Shown here one piece after another: positions 55,879 through 64,000 of a stretch of DNA of 64,000 nt. The notes beneath the pieces were generated by a model, which saw only the letters and a program-made list of their open reading frames with translations, made no database searches and was not told the DNA's origin. A program made the translations under genes and the position numbers. Position 1 is the first letter of the stretch. Each line of letters begins with the position of its first letter. The DNA is from Clostridia bacterium (GTDB lineage Bacteria; UBA6262; WVXT01), in assembly GCA_009619095.1 (NCBI GenBank), contig WJOT01000029.1, positions 736 through 64,735 on the forward strand, in the 5' to 3' direction.

Positions 55879-56715
55879 TTATTCTGCCATCATTCTGGGG
55901 TCGAGGACATCGCGCAATCCTTCGCCAAGGAGGTTATAAGCCAGAACGGTGATAAGAATTGCCAGGCCGGGGTAGAGAGAAAGCCACCACGCCACAGTAA
56001 TATAATCTTTGCCTGCAGTTAAAATATTACCCCAACTGGGAGTTGGCGGCTGGACGCCCAGACCAAGAAAGGACAAAGCCGATTCAGTCAAAATTGCTCC
56101 GCCAATCCCTAATGTGGCTGTAACCAGAATGGGGGCCATTACATTGGGCAATAGATGAACAAACATCACTCTTGTGTTTGACAAACCTAATACCTTGGCT
56201 GCCTGAACGAACCCTCTCTCCCTTATTGAAAGACATTCACCTCTGACGAGTCTGGTTAAACCAGGCCATCCTGTCAACCCGATAACTACCATTACAGTCC
56301 AGATATTAGGCTCAAGGAAGGCGATTACCATCAAGATTAAAAAGAATGTGGGAAAGCAGAGCATTATGTCTACAAATCTCATAATTACAGTATCGAGCCA
56401 GCCTCCAAAGTATCCGGAGAGAAGCCCGAGAATACTTCCGATTATAATGGCAATTCCTATTGCTACAAATCCCACAAGAAGTGAAATTCGAGTCCCGTAG
56501 ATTACTCTGGAGAGAAGGTCTCTTCCCAGATCATCGGTTCCTAAAGGATGTTTAGTAGAAGGTGGTTCTAACCTGTGGAGAATATCCTGATGGTGAGGAC
56601 TGAAAGGGGCAATGAGAGGAGCAATAACTGCTACCAGTGCTAAGGAGAAAATAATGAGAGCTCCCAACATAGCCAACTTATTCCTTCTAAATCTTTTCCA
56701 GAAAATCTTCCACAT
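55879..56715 (-). CDS. Oligopeptide/dipeptide ABC permease (OppC/DppC type)
   Basis: BPD_transp_1 fold with HPLGTDDLGRDLLSR at the N-terminus. Confidence 0.85.
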   Translation of the reverse strand: MWKIFWKRFRRNKLAMLGALIIFSLALVAVIAPLIAPFSPHHQDILHRLEPPSTKHPLGTDDLGRDLLSRVIYGTRISLLVGFVAIGIAIIIGSILGLLSGYFGGWLDTVIMRFVDIMLCFPTFFLILMVIAFLEPNIWTVMVVIGLTGWPGLTRLVRGECLSIRERGFVQAAKVLGLSNTRVMFVHLLPNVMAPILVTATLGIGGAILTESALSFLGLGVQPPTPSWGNILTAGKDYITVAWWLSLYPGLAILITVLAYNLLGEGLRDVLDPRMMAE

Positions 56716-56727
56716 CTATTTTCCTTC

Positions 56728-57699
56728 CTATCGATATCTAATGCGGGGGTCGATAAAAGCATAAGTTATATCGGCGATTAGATTGCCCAATAGAGTGAGA
56801 AGAGCAGCAATAACTCCCACACCCATAATTACCGGATAGTCTCTGGCCATAATCGCCTGATAACCGAGGCGTCCCATTCCCGGCCAGGCGAAAATGGTTT
56901 CAAAAATAAATCCGCCTCCAATTAAAGCGGGAAGTGATAGTCCTAAAAGAGTAACAATGGGAATTAGAGCATTACGTAGGGCATGTCTATATATCACCTT
57001 CTTCTCGGACAATCCTTTGGCGCGGGCGGTGCGGATATAATCCTGGCGGAGTACCTCTAGCATAGATGTTCTCGAATATCTGGATAAATATGCCAGTCCG
57101 CCAAAAGCAGAAACAAAAACAGGTAAGATTAAATGTTTAATGATGTCCCAAAGCTTTCCCCAGAAAGAAAAATAAGGGAAATTAACGGAATGCATACCTG
57201 AAATGGGAAGCCATCCCAGAACAACGCCAAAAAGTACCATTAGAAGCAAGGCGAGCCAGAAAGCAGGCACGGAGAAACCCAAGAAAACAAATACTGTCAT
57301 CCCCTTGTCAAAAAATGAATCTTGTCTCACTGCAGAGATAACCCCTATGGGCAGGGCAATAAAAAAGATGAGAAGTAAGGAAAGGACGTTTAATAATAAA
57401 GTTGCCGGAAGCCTCTCCAAAATTTTTATAATCACCAGGCGTCCGTCTTTAAAAGACCTTCCAAAATCGAAGCGCACTAACCGACTTAGCCAGAGCCAAT
57501 ACTGGACGTGGAGCGGTTTATCCAACCCGTATAAGGAGTGGAGACGGGCTTTAGCCTCAGCACTAACCTTGGGGCTGAGTCCAGTCAGCATATCGGCAGG
57601 TCCTCCGGGGGAGAGATGAACGATTACAAAAGTAATGATTGTAATTCCCAGGAGGAGCGGAATCATGAACAACAGTCTGCGAACAATGTACTGAAGCAT
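56728..57699 (-). CDS. Oligopeptide/dipeptide ABC permease (OppB/DppB type)
   Basis: [10 protein letters not shown] start and the EAA loop region [15 protein letters not shown]. Confidence 0.85.
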   Translation of the reverse strand: MLQYIVRRLLFMIPLLLGITIITFVIVHLSPGGPADMLTGLSPKVSAEAKARLHSLYGLDKPLHVQYWLWLSRLVRFDFGRSFKDGRLVIIKILERLPATLLLNVLSLLLIFFIALPIGVISAVRQDSFFDKGMTVFVFLGFSVPAFWLALLLMVLFGVVLGWLPISGMHSVNFPYFSFWGKLWDIIKHLILPVFVSAFGGLAYLSRYSRTSMLEVLRQDYIRTARAKGLSEKKVIYRHALRNALIPIVTLLGLSLPALIGGGFIFETIFAWPGMGRLGYQAIMARDYPVIMGVGVIAALLTLLGNLIADITYAFIDPRIRYR

Positions 57700-57710
57700 A
57701 GTTTCTTCCC

Positions 57711-58211
57711 TTAAAAAACTTTCGTTAAAATCAGGACGGTCATTATAATAGTGATGAATACTTTTACTGAAATTGCCGCCACTCTTCCCAGAAAAGCACC
57801 CAGTCCAGCAGTAATAGCTCTTTTGGAACCCTCTTTCTTGAACAGTTCAAAAAGGAAAGCTCCCACAAATGCACCTACTAATCCGCCCACCAAGGGACCG
57901 AGAATAGGCAGGAAAGAACTACCTATAAAAATACCGACAATGCCTCCTAAAAAAGCACCTATCAAACCCAATCTTGAGGCGCCATAATGCTTTGCCCCAA
58001 AAATATTGGAAAGGAATTCGAAAATTTCACCCACAACTGCCAATCCCAAGAGGAGAAGTAAGAACCAGACTGTTATTTTTTGAAAACGGGTAATTAATCC
58101 ATAAACCAGGGAGTCAGCAACAATAATGAAGGTTCCCGGCAGTCCGAAAAAGGGTGAGATAATCCCTAAAAGGAGAACGGCTATAAAAGCGATTATTCCC
58201 ACAATTTCCAT
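57711..58211 (-). CDS. DUF456-like glycine-rich membrane protein
   Basis: Four TM helices with [10 protein letters not shown] and GxxxG-rich segments. Confidence 0.5.
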   Translation of the reverse strand: MEIVGIIAFIAVLLLGIISPFFGLPGTFIIVADSLVYGLITRFQKITVWFLLLLLGLAVVGEIFEFLSNIFGAKHYGASRLGLIGAFLGGIVGIFIGSSFLPILGPLVGGLVGAFVGAFLFELFKKEGSKRAITAGLGAFLGRVAAISVKVFITIIMTVLILTKVF

Positions 58212-58233
58212 TTTAACTACCTCCCCAATATGA

Positions 58234-59022
58234 TTAAGTGGTTCTTTTCTCTATGTAAATTTTACTGCCTTTATTTAAATTCAAACGCTGTGAGGCATCA
58301 TCTCCATAAAGCGAAATCTCCAAATTATCGAAACTGCCAAATATGGCAGTGGGTAGACCTTTTTTCTCTTCTTGATAGGAAGAACTAATTTTTGATATCT
58401 TTGCTTTCCCTATGACTATTTGGAACTTATTGCCCTCAATGAATCGGAGAAAAGCATCCTGGTTAATATTGGTAATCAAGTTTCCAAAATGGTCGACATA
58501 CATAACCTCACCCATTAGACGATTGTTTTTTATTTGAGGCTCAGAAAATTTTAGTTTTTTTATCTTTTTTATCGCTGTGCCAAATTTCTCTATTTTTTCT
58601 CCTCTGGAAAGATGTGCTGCTACCGGAGCAAAAATATCCCGGCCATGAAAAGTGCGAGACACTGGTTTCAGAAAATATTCTTCATTGGTTATCTGGATAA
58701 TTCTTTTTATGTCTCTTTCTGCGAGAAAAGATAGAACTCCGTTATCGGGTGCTACAAAGATATACTTTTCTGTTTCCACTATTACAGATTTCCGCTCACT
58801 TCCCACTCCGGGGTCGACCACTATGAGGAAGACCGTGCCTTCAGGGAAATATGGGTAGGAGCTTTTCAAAAGGAATGCTGCATCGTGGATATTGTGGGAT
58901 TCTATTTCGTGGCAGAGGTCAACAATTTTTGCCTGGGGATTAATACGATATATTACTCCCTTCATAACTCCCACGAAATTATCATTTAATCCAAAATCTG
59001 TTAATAAACCAATAACTCTCAT
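58234..59022 (-). CDS. SAM hydroxide adenosyltransferase / SAM hydrolase family protein (DUF62)
   Basis: LLTDFGLNDNFVGVMKGVI, VVDPGVGSER, FHGRDIFAP. Confidence 0.8.
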   Translation of the reverse strand: MRVIGLLTDFGLNDNFVGVMKGVIYRINPQAKIVDLCHEIESHNIHDAAFLLKSSYPYFPEGTVFLIVVDPGVGSERKSVIVETEKYIFVAPDNGVLSFLAERDIKRIIQITNEEYFLKPVSRTFHGRDIFAPVAAHLSRGEKIEKFGTAIKKIKKLKFSEPQIKNNRLMGEVMYVDHFGNLITNINQDAFLRFIEGNKFQIVIGKAKISKISSSYQEEKKGLPTAIFGSFDNLEISLYGDDASQRLNLNKGSKIYIEKRTT

Positions 59023-59034
59023 CTTTTAGTATTT

Positions 59035-59085
59035 GGTAGCTCCGATTCATCGGAGCGTCAAGGAGTAGCAGACTTTAGTCTGCGT
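59035..59085. repeat. REP array F (two units, opposite orientation to arrays A-E)
   Basis: GGTAGCTCCGATTCATCGGAGCGT at 59035-59058 and GGAGTAGCAGACTTTAGTCTGCGT at 59062-59085. The second unit contains the last five codons and the stop of the gene at 59075-59599. Confidence 0.8.
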
Positions 59086-59599
59086 CCAAGAGTTCCTTTT
59101 TCAACTCCTCTGGCAATATCTTTCGATTTTCTAAAGTTACCTCAATGAGTTCTACGTCTTCTCTTTTTCTAATGGCATCAATAAACTTATTGTGTCTTTC
59201 CTGGAGTGTGCCGATTACTCTTTTGGAGCTATCGAGTGCTTTAATTACTGCTTCCTGAAATTTAGGAGAATAGAGTTCCATCCTTCCAATCTCGTCGATG
59301 AGGATAATCTTTTTCTTATCATCATTTACAGCAAAAGAAATGCTCCTCCCGGCAATATTCTCTAAATCTTCAATATTAACTCCGTATTTCCCCACTCGAT
59401 AAGGGCTGTTTAAAGCTTTATGAGCTAAGATTCCCTTTTTACCCCTGAGAGTAATAATCCTGAATCCTTTCCTCTCCCCTTGCTGGCGAATCTCCTCAGT
59501 ATAGAATCCTCCCACTTCTTTCAACCCGCTAATCAATTTCATAATAACTGTGGTCTTTCCCACACCGGGTCTACCGGTGAAGAGAATGTTCTTCTTCAT
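59075..59599 (-). CDS. THEP1-type nucleoside-triphosphatase
   Basis: ILFTGRPGVGKTT P-loop, GFYTEE, DEIGRMEL. Confidence 0.75.
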   Translation of the reverse strand: MKKNILFTGRPGVGKTTVIMKLISGLKEVGGFYTEEIRQQGERKGFRIITLRGKKGILAHKALNSPYRVGKYGVNIEDLENIAGRSISFAVNDDKKKIILIDEIGRMELYSPKFQEAVIKALDSSKRVIGTLQERHNKFIDAIRKREDVELIEVTLENRKILPEELKKELLDAD

Positions 59600-59614
59600 C
59601 TCGTTCCTAAATTA

Positions 59615-59729
59615 CGCTCCGATGAATCCCGCCCCTGAGAGCAGGGGCTGGATGAATTAGAGCTACTCCTTATAATACGCAGACTAAAGTCTGCTACTCC
59701 TTGACGCTCCGATGGATCGGAGCTACTCC
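59615..59729. repeat. REP array G (three units, the first split by a nested hairpin insertion)
   Basis: Units at 59615-59669 (interrupted), 59677-59700 and 59704-59729. Confidence 0.8.
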
Positions 59730-59738
59730 ATAAAATTG

Positions 59739-59767
59739 TTGACAATTGAAAATATTTCCTATATCAT
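59739..59767 (+). promoter_or_regulatory. Candidate sigma70-type promoter for the only plus-strand gene
   Basis: TTGACA (59739-59744), a 17-nt spacer, then TATCAT (59762-59767), 16 nt upstream of the ATG at 59784. Confidence 0.4.
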
Positions 59768-59783
59768 ATCCCCGTGATATAAA

Positions 59784-60578
59784 ATGGCAAAAATAATATT
59801 TTTAGGTACTGCTGGGGCAGTAGCCTCAGCCCAAAGAGATAATACTTCCTTGCTTTTTATGGATGATTCCGGAGAGAAATTTCTTATAGACTGTCCCGGA
59901 AGTCCTGTGACAAAACTTGCTAAACTGGGTTTCGATTATCGCGAAATTTCTAACCTCATATTAACCCATACTCATGTTGACCATATCTATGGAGTACCTT
60001 CTCTCTTACATTCCCAGTACAGGTTAGGAAATAAAGTAAATATCTTTGCTACCCAGGAATGCCTCCTTCTTATCAGAGGACTTATCTCTTTTCACCGGCT
60101 TGAAGACCCTGAGAAGTTTCCTGAAGTTTCTTTCCAGACCATACCAGCTGATAAGGACAATTTTCTCTTTTTCCAAAGGGAAAAGACCCTCATCTCCTCT
60201 TTTCCAGTAAAGCATACTCCTGATTCTATAGGACTCAAAATCTGTCTTAAAAATCCCCCACTCACCTGTGTCTACTCAGGAGATACAGCTTTTAGCCGCA
60301 CAATTGTTGAGGAAGCAAAAGATGCCGATTATCTCATACACGACTGCGCCTGTCCATCACGCTTTGCCAAAGAGCTTGAAGAAATGCACACCTCAGCTCT
60401 GGCTTTAGGAGAAATTGCCGAGGAAGCTCAAGTTAAGACCCTCGTTCCTATTCATTTTCTTACTGAAATCGAATTTAAAATGGAAGAAATAGAAAACGAG
60501 ATAAAAAAGAATTTTTCAGGAAACCTTATAATTCCTTCTGACTTCGATTCTTTAGAATTAAAGCCTCAGCTTTCTTGA
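59784..60578 (+). CDS. MBL-fold metallo-hydrolase (RNase Z-like)
   Basis: HTHVDH motif; later DTAF and HDC..H ligands. Confidence 0.8.
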   Translation: MAKIIFLGTAGAVASAQRDNTSLLFMDDSGEKFLIDCPGSPVTKLAKLGFDYREISNLILTHTHVDHIYGVPSLLHSQYRLGNKVNIFATQECLLLIRGLISFHRLEDPEKFPEVSFQTIPADKDNFLFFQREKTLISSFPVKHTPDSIGLKICLKNPPLTCVYSGDTAFSRTIVEEAKDADYLIHDCACPSRFAKELEEMHTSALALGEIAEEAQVKTLVPIHFLTEIEFKMEEIENEIKKNFSGNLIIPSDFDSLELKPQLS

Positions 60579-61257
60579 TATCTTCAAGAGAGTTCACATT
60601 GACCCGCCAGGTATCAATCTTTCGGTAACGTACTTCAAATTTTTTATCTATTAAATACTGTAAGGCATCTCCAATGTAGTATTCTCCCACTGCTGACGGT
60701 TTGATATGTGGGATGGCTTTAAAGATATCGGGCTCAATAATTAATAGCCCACTTATTCCATAATCAGAAATTTTGTCCTTTGGCTTCTCCACTATCTTTT
60801 TGACCAAATCTCCTTCCCAAACCACCTGACCTGTGATCTCAGAATTCTCTTCTTTATTAATAAGGAGAGTCGCCAGAGGACGAAATTTTAGATGGGACTC
60901 GATGAGATTTGTGAAGTCATAAAAGGAAACAAGGTCACAATAAGCTAACAAGAAATTATCTTCACCGACAAACCCTTGAGCTTTTGCCACTGCATCTCCT
61001 GTGCCTAATGGTCTCTCCTGTTCTATATAGGTGAGCTTCATATTCCATTGGTGCCCATCACCCAATCTTTCAGAAATGGTTTTATAATCCTCCGGAGAGA
61101 CAACAATACCTACTTGACCAATTTTTGCCTTCCCGAAACCTCTAAGGCTGTACTCAATCATCGGTCTCCCTGCCACAGGGATTAAAGATTTAGGAAGAGA
61201 ATTAGTCAGTGGCCGAAGTCTTTTACCAATACCAGCAGTCAGAATTAAACCTTTCAT
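60526..61257 (-). CDS. Sugar-phosphate nucleotidyltransferase
   Basis: GLILTAGIGKRLRPLTNSLPKSLIPVAG signature. I set the start at MKGLIL; the ORF-track start is a TTG inside a repeat. Confidence 0.8.
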   Translation of the reverse strand: MKGLILTAGIGKRLRPLTNSLPKSLIPVAGRPMIEYSLRGFGKAKIGQVGIVVSPEDYKTISERLGDGHQWNMKLTYIEQERPLGTGDAVAKAQGFVGEDNFLLAYCDLVSFYDFTNLIESHLKFRPLATLLINKEENSEITGQVVWEGDLVKKIVEKPKDKISDYGISGLLIIEPDIFKAIPHIKPSAVGEYYIGDALQYLIDKKFEVRYRKIDTWRVNVNSLEDIKKAEALILKNRSQKEL

Positions 61258-61303
61258 AAAAAATGGGGTCAACTCTCTTTTTTGGAAATGGGGTCAAGAA
61301 AAT

Positions 61304-61349
61304 GGGGTCAACTCTCTTTTTTGAAGAAAGAGAAAAATAGAGTTGCCCC
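61304..61349 (-). terminator. Possible intrinsic terminator after sppA
   Basis: Minus strand reads GGGGCAACTCT-loop-AGAGTTGACCCC followed by ATTTTCTT. Confidence 0.4.
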
Positions 61350-61354
61350 CTTTT

Positions 61355-62116
61355 TTATCCAAATATTCTCTTCAGAAAGCTTAAAGGTCTCCTCATCTTT
61401 TTGGCGTAATCTACAATCCTGTATACTTCAATTCCTGTCTTTTTCATAATAAGTTCTATTGCTTTAGTCTTTCCCCCCAGAAAATCTATTAAACCAAGCT
61501 TTTTTGCCTCTTCCCCTAAGTAAATCTTTCCCGTGGATATTTCTTTTACTACTTCCTCGCTTAGTTTTCTGTTCTTGGTGACTTCTTCTATGAAATTTTT
61601 GTAAATGGTATCGAGTTCTTCTTTTAGCAACTCTTTCTCTTTCGGGGTCGACTTCTTATAAGGTATGCCAAATGTCTTGTAGACACCTGAGGCCATTGTC
61701 TCCACGTCTATCCCGAACTTTTTCATCAGCTCAGAGAAGTCGGGTCGAATGGACGCCACACCAATACTCCCCAGGGTACTTAAGCGGTCAGCTACAATAC
61801 TGTCGCAAGATGAGGCAATCCAGTAGCCACCAGAAGCAGCATATTCTTTTATCCAGGCTACCGTGGGTTTTCCCAGATTTTTGATACATTCTGCAATCTC
61901 TTTACAGGGGAAAGGTCTTCCTCCGGGAGAATTTATTTCCAGAATCAAACCTTTAATCCGGCGATTCTTCTTTACACTTTCAATTAGGGGGATTATTTCA
62001 GCTGAGGATACTGCTCTGGTCATAGCCAGGAGAGGAAAAGGCGAAGAAGGGCCTTCCTCAGAAATAACCATTCCCTTAATTGGAATAATTGCAATCTTTC
62101 CTTTTTTAGCCATCTT
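61355..62116 (-). CDS. sppA: Signal peptide peptidase SppA, 36K type (S49)
   Basis: INSPGG and AASGGYWIA (catalytic Ser region). The start at MAKKGKI is preferred. Confidence 0.8.
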   Translation of the reverse strand, partial: KMAKKGKIAIIPIKGMVISEEGPSSPFPLLAMTRAVSSAEIIPLIESVKKNRRIKGLILEINSPGGRPFPCKEIAECIKNLGKPTVAWIKEYAASGGYWIASSCDSIVADRLSTLGSIGVASIRPDFSELMKKFGIDVETMASGVYKTFGIPYKKSTPKEKELLKEELDTIYKNFIEEVTKNRKLSEEVVKEISTGKIYLGEEAKKLGLIDFLGGKTKAIELIMKKTGIEVYRIVDYAKKMRRPLSFLKRIFG

Positions 62117-62202
62117 ATTCTCCTTGTGACAAACAGTCACTCACTTTGTCCTCTCTCCCCTTAGGGTCAGGGTGAGGGGGTTCCTTCGATATATCCTCCC
62201 CT

Positions 62203-63057
62203 TTAGAAGAGAGGGGTGGGGGATACAAGACTTTCTATTTTCGACATATTTCTGATGTCGTCTTCTTCTCTCTTGTAGGGTGTCTCCATGATTCCGGGAA
62301 AATGGAATAACTTTGGATGGTTCACGATGTTTTTAAACCCTTCATTCCCTATGTATCCCTCGCCGACATGCCAATGCCTGTCTACCCGGGAACCGAGAGG
62401 AGTTTTGGAATCGTTGAGATGAAGAAGTTTCAATTTATCAAATCCAATGAGTCTTTCGAATTCTTCTAAAGTTTTCTCCAGACCATCTCTCTGGGAAAGG
62501 TCATATCCCGCCTGAAACGCATGTGCTGTATCCAGGCAGACCCCAATTCTTTCTCCATTTTCTATTCCAGCAATAACAGTTTTAATTTGTGAAAATTTAT
62601 ACCCAATCTGCTTTCCCTGTCCGGCAGTATTTTCAACAACTATAGTTACTTTGTTTCGGACTCTATCCAGAGAGTAGTTTATTGCTTTAATCAGTCTTTC
62701 TATGGACTCTGCTTCACTTGCTTCCCCGCGACTTCCTATATGGGTAATTAGAAATCGGGCGCCGAGTATTTCTGCTCTCTCCAATTCTATACTCAGTGCA
62801 TCGATTGATTTAAGATAAAAATCTTGCCTGGGAGAGGCTAAGTTGGGAAGATAAGGCATATGGAGAAATAAGGGCTTAATTCCCAGTGTTTCTACTCCTA
62901 CTTTAAATTTTTTGACTTCCTCTTCGGGGATAAGAGAAACCGCCCATGTTCTGGGGTTGCGAGAAAAGAATTGGATTGTCCTGGCTCTTCTCTTGCGTGC
63001 CAGTTCAGGCACCTTAGAGAATCCTTCACCGATCCAGATGTGAAATCCAAAACGCAT
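62203..63057 (-). CDS. nfo: Deoxyribonuclease IV (AP endonuclease, family 2)
   Basis: FLHMPYLPNLASP, ITHIGS, VVENTAGQG, CLDTAHAF, HLNDS. I set the start at MRFGFH, 1 nt after the upstream stop. Confidence 0.85.
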   Translation of the reverse strand: MRFGFHIWIGEGFSKVPELARKRRARTIQFFSRNPRTWAVSLIPEEEVKKFKVGVETLGIKPLFLHMPYLPNLASPRQDFYLKSIDALSIELERAEILGARFLITHIGSRGEASEAESIERLIKAINYSLDRVRNKVTIVVENTAGQGKQIGYKFSQIKTVIAGIENGERIGVCLDTAHAFQAGYDLSQRDGLEKTLEEFERLIGFDKLKLLHLNDSKTPLGSRVDRHWHVGEGYIGNEGFKNIVNHPKLFHFPGIMETPYKREEDDIRNMSKIESLVSPTPLF

Positions 63058-63058
63058 A

Positions 63059-63712
63059 CTATCTAACTCCACTATCCCCAATCTCTCTTAATCCTTCTAA
63101 AAGAACAAACCTTCCCAAAGGTTTAACCTTGCACTGAAAACTTTTGATAAATAGACTGTTGTTACATAACCCTCCACTTAAATAGAAAAATTCAGGTTCA
63201 TCTATGAATTTATAGACGTTCTCTGCTATTCCTTTGACAAAGCTTGCCAGAACATCATTTATCTCATACCCTTCTGAAATCTTATCGAAAATTTTAGCCA
63301 TACCTAAAACTCCACAAGTCACTCCCAGGGACTGAGAAGTTTTCTCTATCTCTGATGTCTTTACATTAAAATGGTTCTCCAGAAGCTCAATAGAAAATCC
63401 TAAAGTTGCTCCACAGAGAGCGTTCCAATCCATCTCCTCATATTTACTACTTTTCATTTTTACATATTTGATGTCCCTACTTCCCACATCCACCACCAGA
63501 AAATTCCCGTTTCCAATCAATCTCCTGCTACCCTTTTCCAGAGCAACCAATTCATTGGCTACTCTATCTGCTTTCAATTTCGCGTTATGCCCGCAGGCTA
63601 TATCGAATCTTAAGTCACTCTTAAGCAAGTCGAGAGTCTTCATAACTCTATACTCATCTTTTTCTACATCTAATATCTTGGTATAACTGGTTCCCACATC
63701 GCCTAAAAGCAT
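63059..63712 (-). CDS. BadF/BadG/BcrA/BcrD-type ATPase (short)
   Basis: GDVGTSYTK phosphate-1 motif, VVDVGSRDIKYV, LSGGLCNN. Confidence 0.55.
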   Translation of the reverse strand: MLLGDVGTSYTKILDVEKDEYRVMKTLDLLKSDLRFDIACGHNAKLKADRVANELVALEKGSRRLIGNGNFLVVDVGSRDIKYVKMKSSKYEEMDWNALCGATLGFSIELLENHFNVKTSEIEKTSQSLGVTCGVLGMAKIFDKISEGYEINDVLASFVKGIAENVYKFIDEPEFFYLSGGLCNNSLFIKSFQCKVKPLGRFVLLEGLREIGDSGVR

Positions 63713-63773
63713 ATCGCCTCACTCCATTCAGCAGGCCGCATAAATGCCACCCCCACAAAAAATGTCCCTTTTC

Positions 63774-63983
63774 TTACTTGTTTAATAAGAGATAGGCTTC
63801 GATTTTGCTTTTTACGGAATTATCGAGAACATCGTCAACTTCAACATAAAGTCCATTATGCTTTTTTGCCAGATATTTCGCTAAGGAGTTCTTGCTACAG
63901 AAAGCCTGTGCATAGAATACCGTAGGCAGGTCCTCCCTTACCATAGTTTCTAACTCCAGGTCTGCGGGAACTCTTGCTTCCAT
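63774..63983 (-). CDS. Hypothetical protein, possibly the C-terminal part of a longer gene continuing past the right edge
   Basis: The frame stays open upstream of the ATG at 63983 to the window end. No motif recognised. Confidence 0.3.
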   Translation of the reverse strand: MEARVPADLELETMVREDLPTVFYAQAFCSKNSLAKYLAKKHNGLYVEVDDVLDNSVKSKIEAYLLLNK

Positions 63984-64000
63984 ACACCTTGCCCAGCCGA

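Noticed and set aside
53874-57699. The opp/dpp-type ABC operon as unusual because it lacks a substrate-binding protein gene
   Set aside because: The binding-protein gene may simply lie elsewhere in the genome, since orphan SBP genes are common. This cannot be judged from a single window.

Overview
Bacterial chromosomal window of about 65 genes, all but one on the minus strand. The taxon cannot be assigned from sequence alone. The backbone is housekeeping: mutS-pilZ-mutL, miaB, a P-type ATPase, a PAS histidine kinase with two receiver proteins, an HD-GYP protein, glgP/glgC with a short pyruvate kinase, and nth. It also holds a cobalamin-riboswitch-controlled cobU-cobT-cobS-btuFCD-cobO-TonB-receptor operon, tRNA-Gly(CCC), a CCA-adding enzyme, an opp/dpp-type ABC permease, sppA and nfo. 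Four accessory regions stand out. (1) An ~11 kb defence island (about 9.5-20.7 kb) carries three modules. One is a 2.4 kb cassette bounded by ~65-80 bp inverted repeats, encoding three paralogous mini-HTH proteins and a stand-alone SIR2-like protein. The second is a type I R-M operon whose HsdR carries a C-terminal LexA/S24-like peptidase domain. The third is a DUF262-HNH (GmrSD-like) protein. The IR-bounded HTHx3 + SIR2 cassette is my best candidate for an undescribed system, and the HsdR-S24 fusion is second. (2) A mobile-element graveyard at 29.4-31.0 kb contains a 5'-truncated TnpB, a HepT remnant, a miaB-paralog 5' fragment and an internally deleted RAYT element. (3) An intact REP-associated tyrosine transposase (RAYT) unit lies at 38.8-39.6 kb, and GTAG-flanked hairpin repeats (REP/BIME-like) fill most intergenic gaps, sometimes supplying stop codons. 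(4) The tRNA-Gly locus has partial tRNA duplications that share one breakpoint in the T-arm. All calls come from reading the ORF translations and nucleotide patterns by eye; no database search was run.
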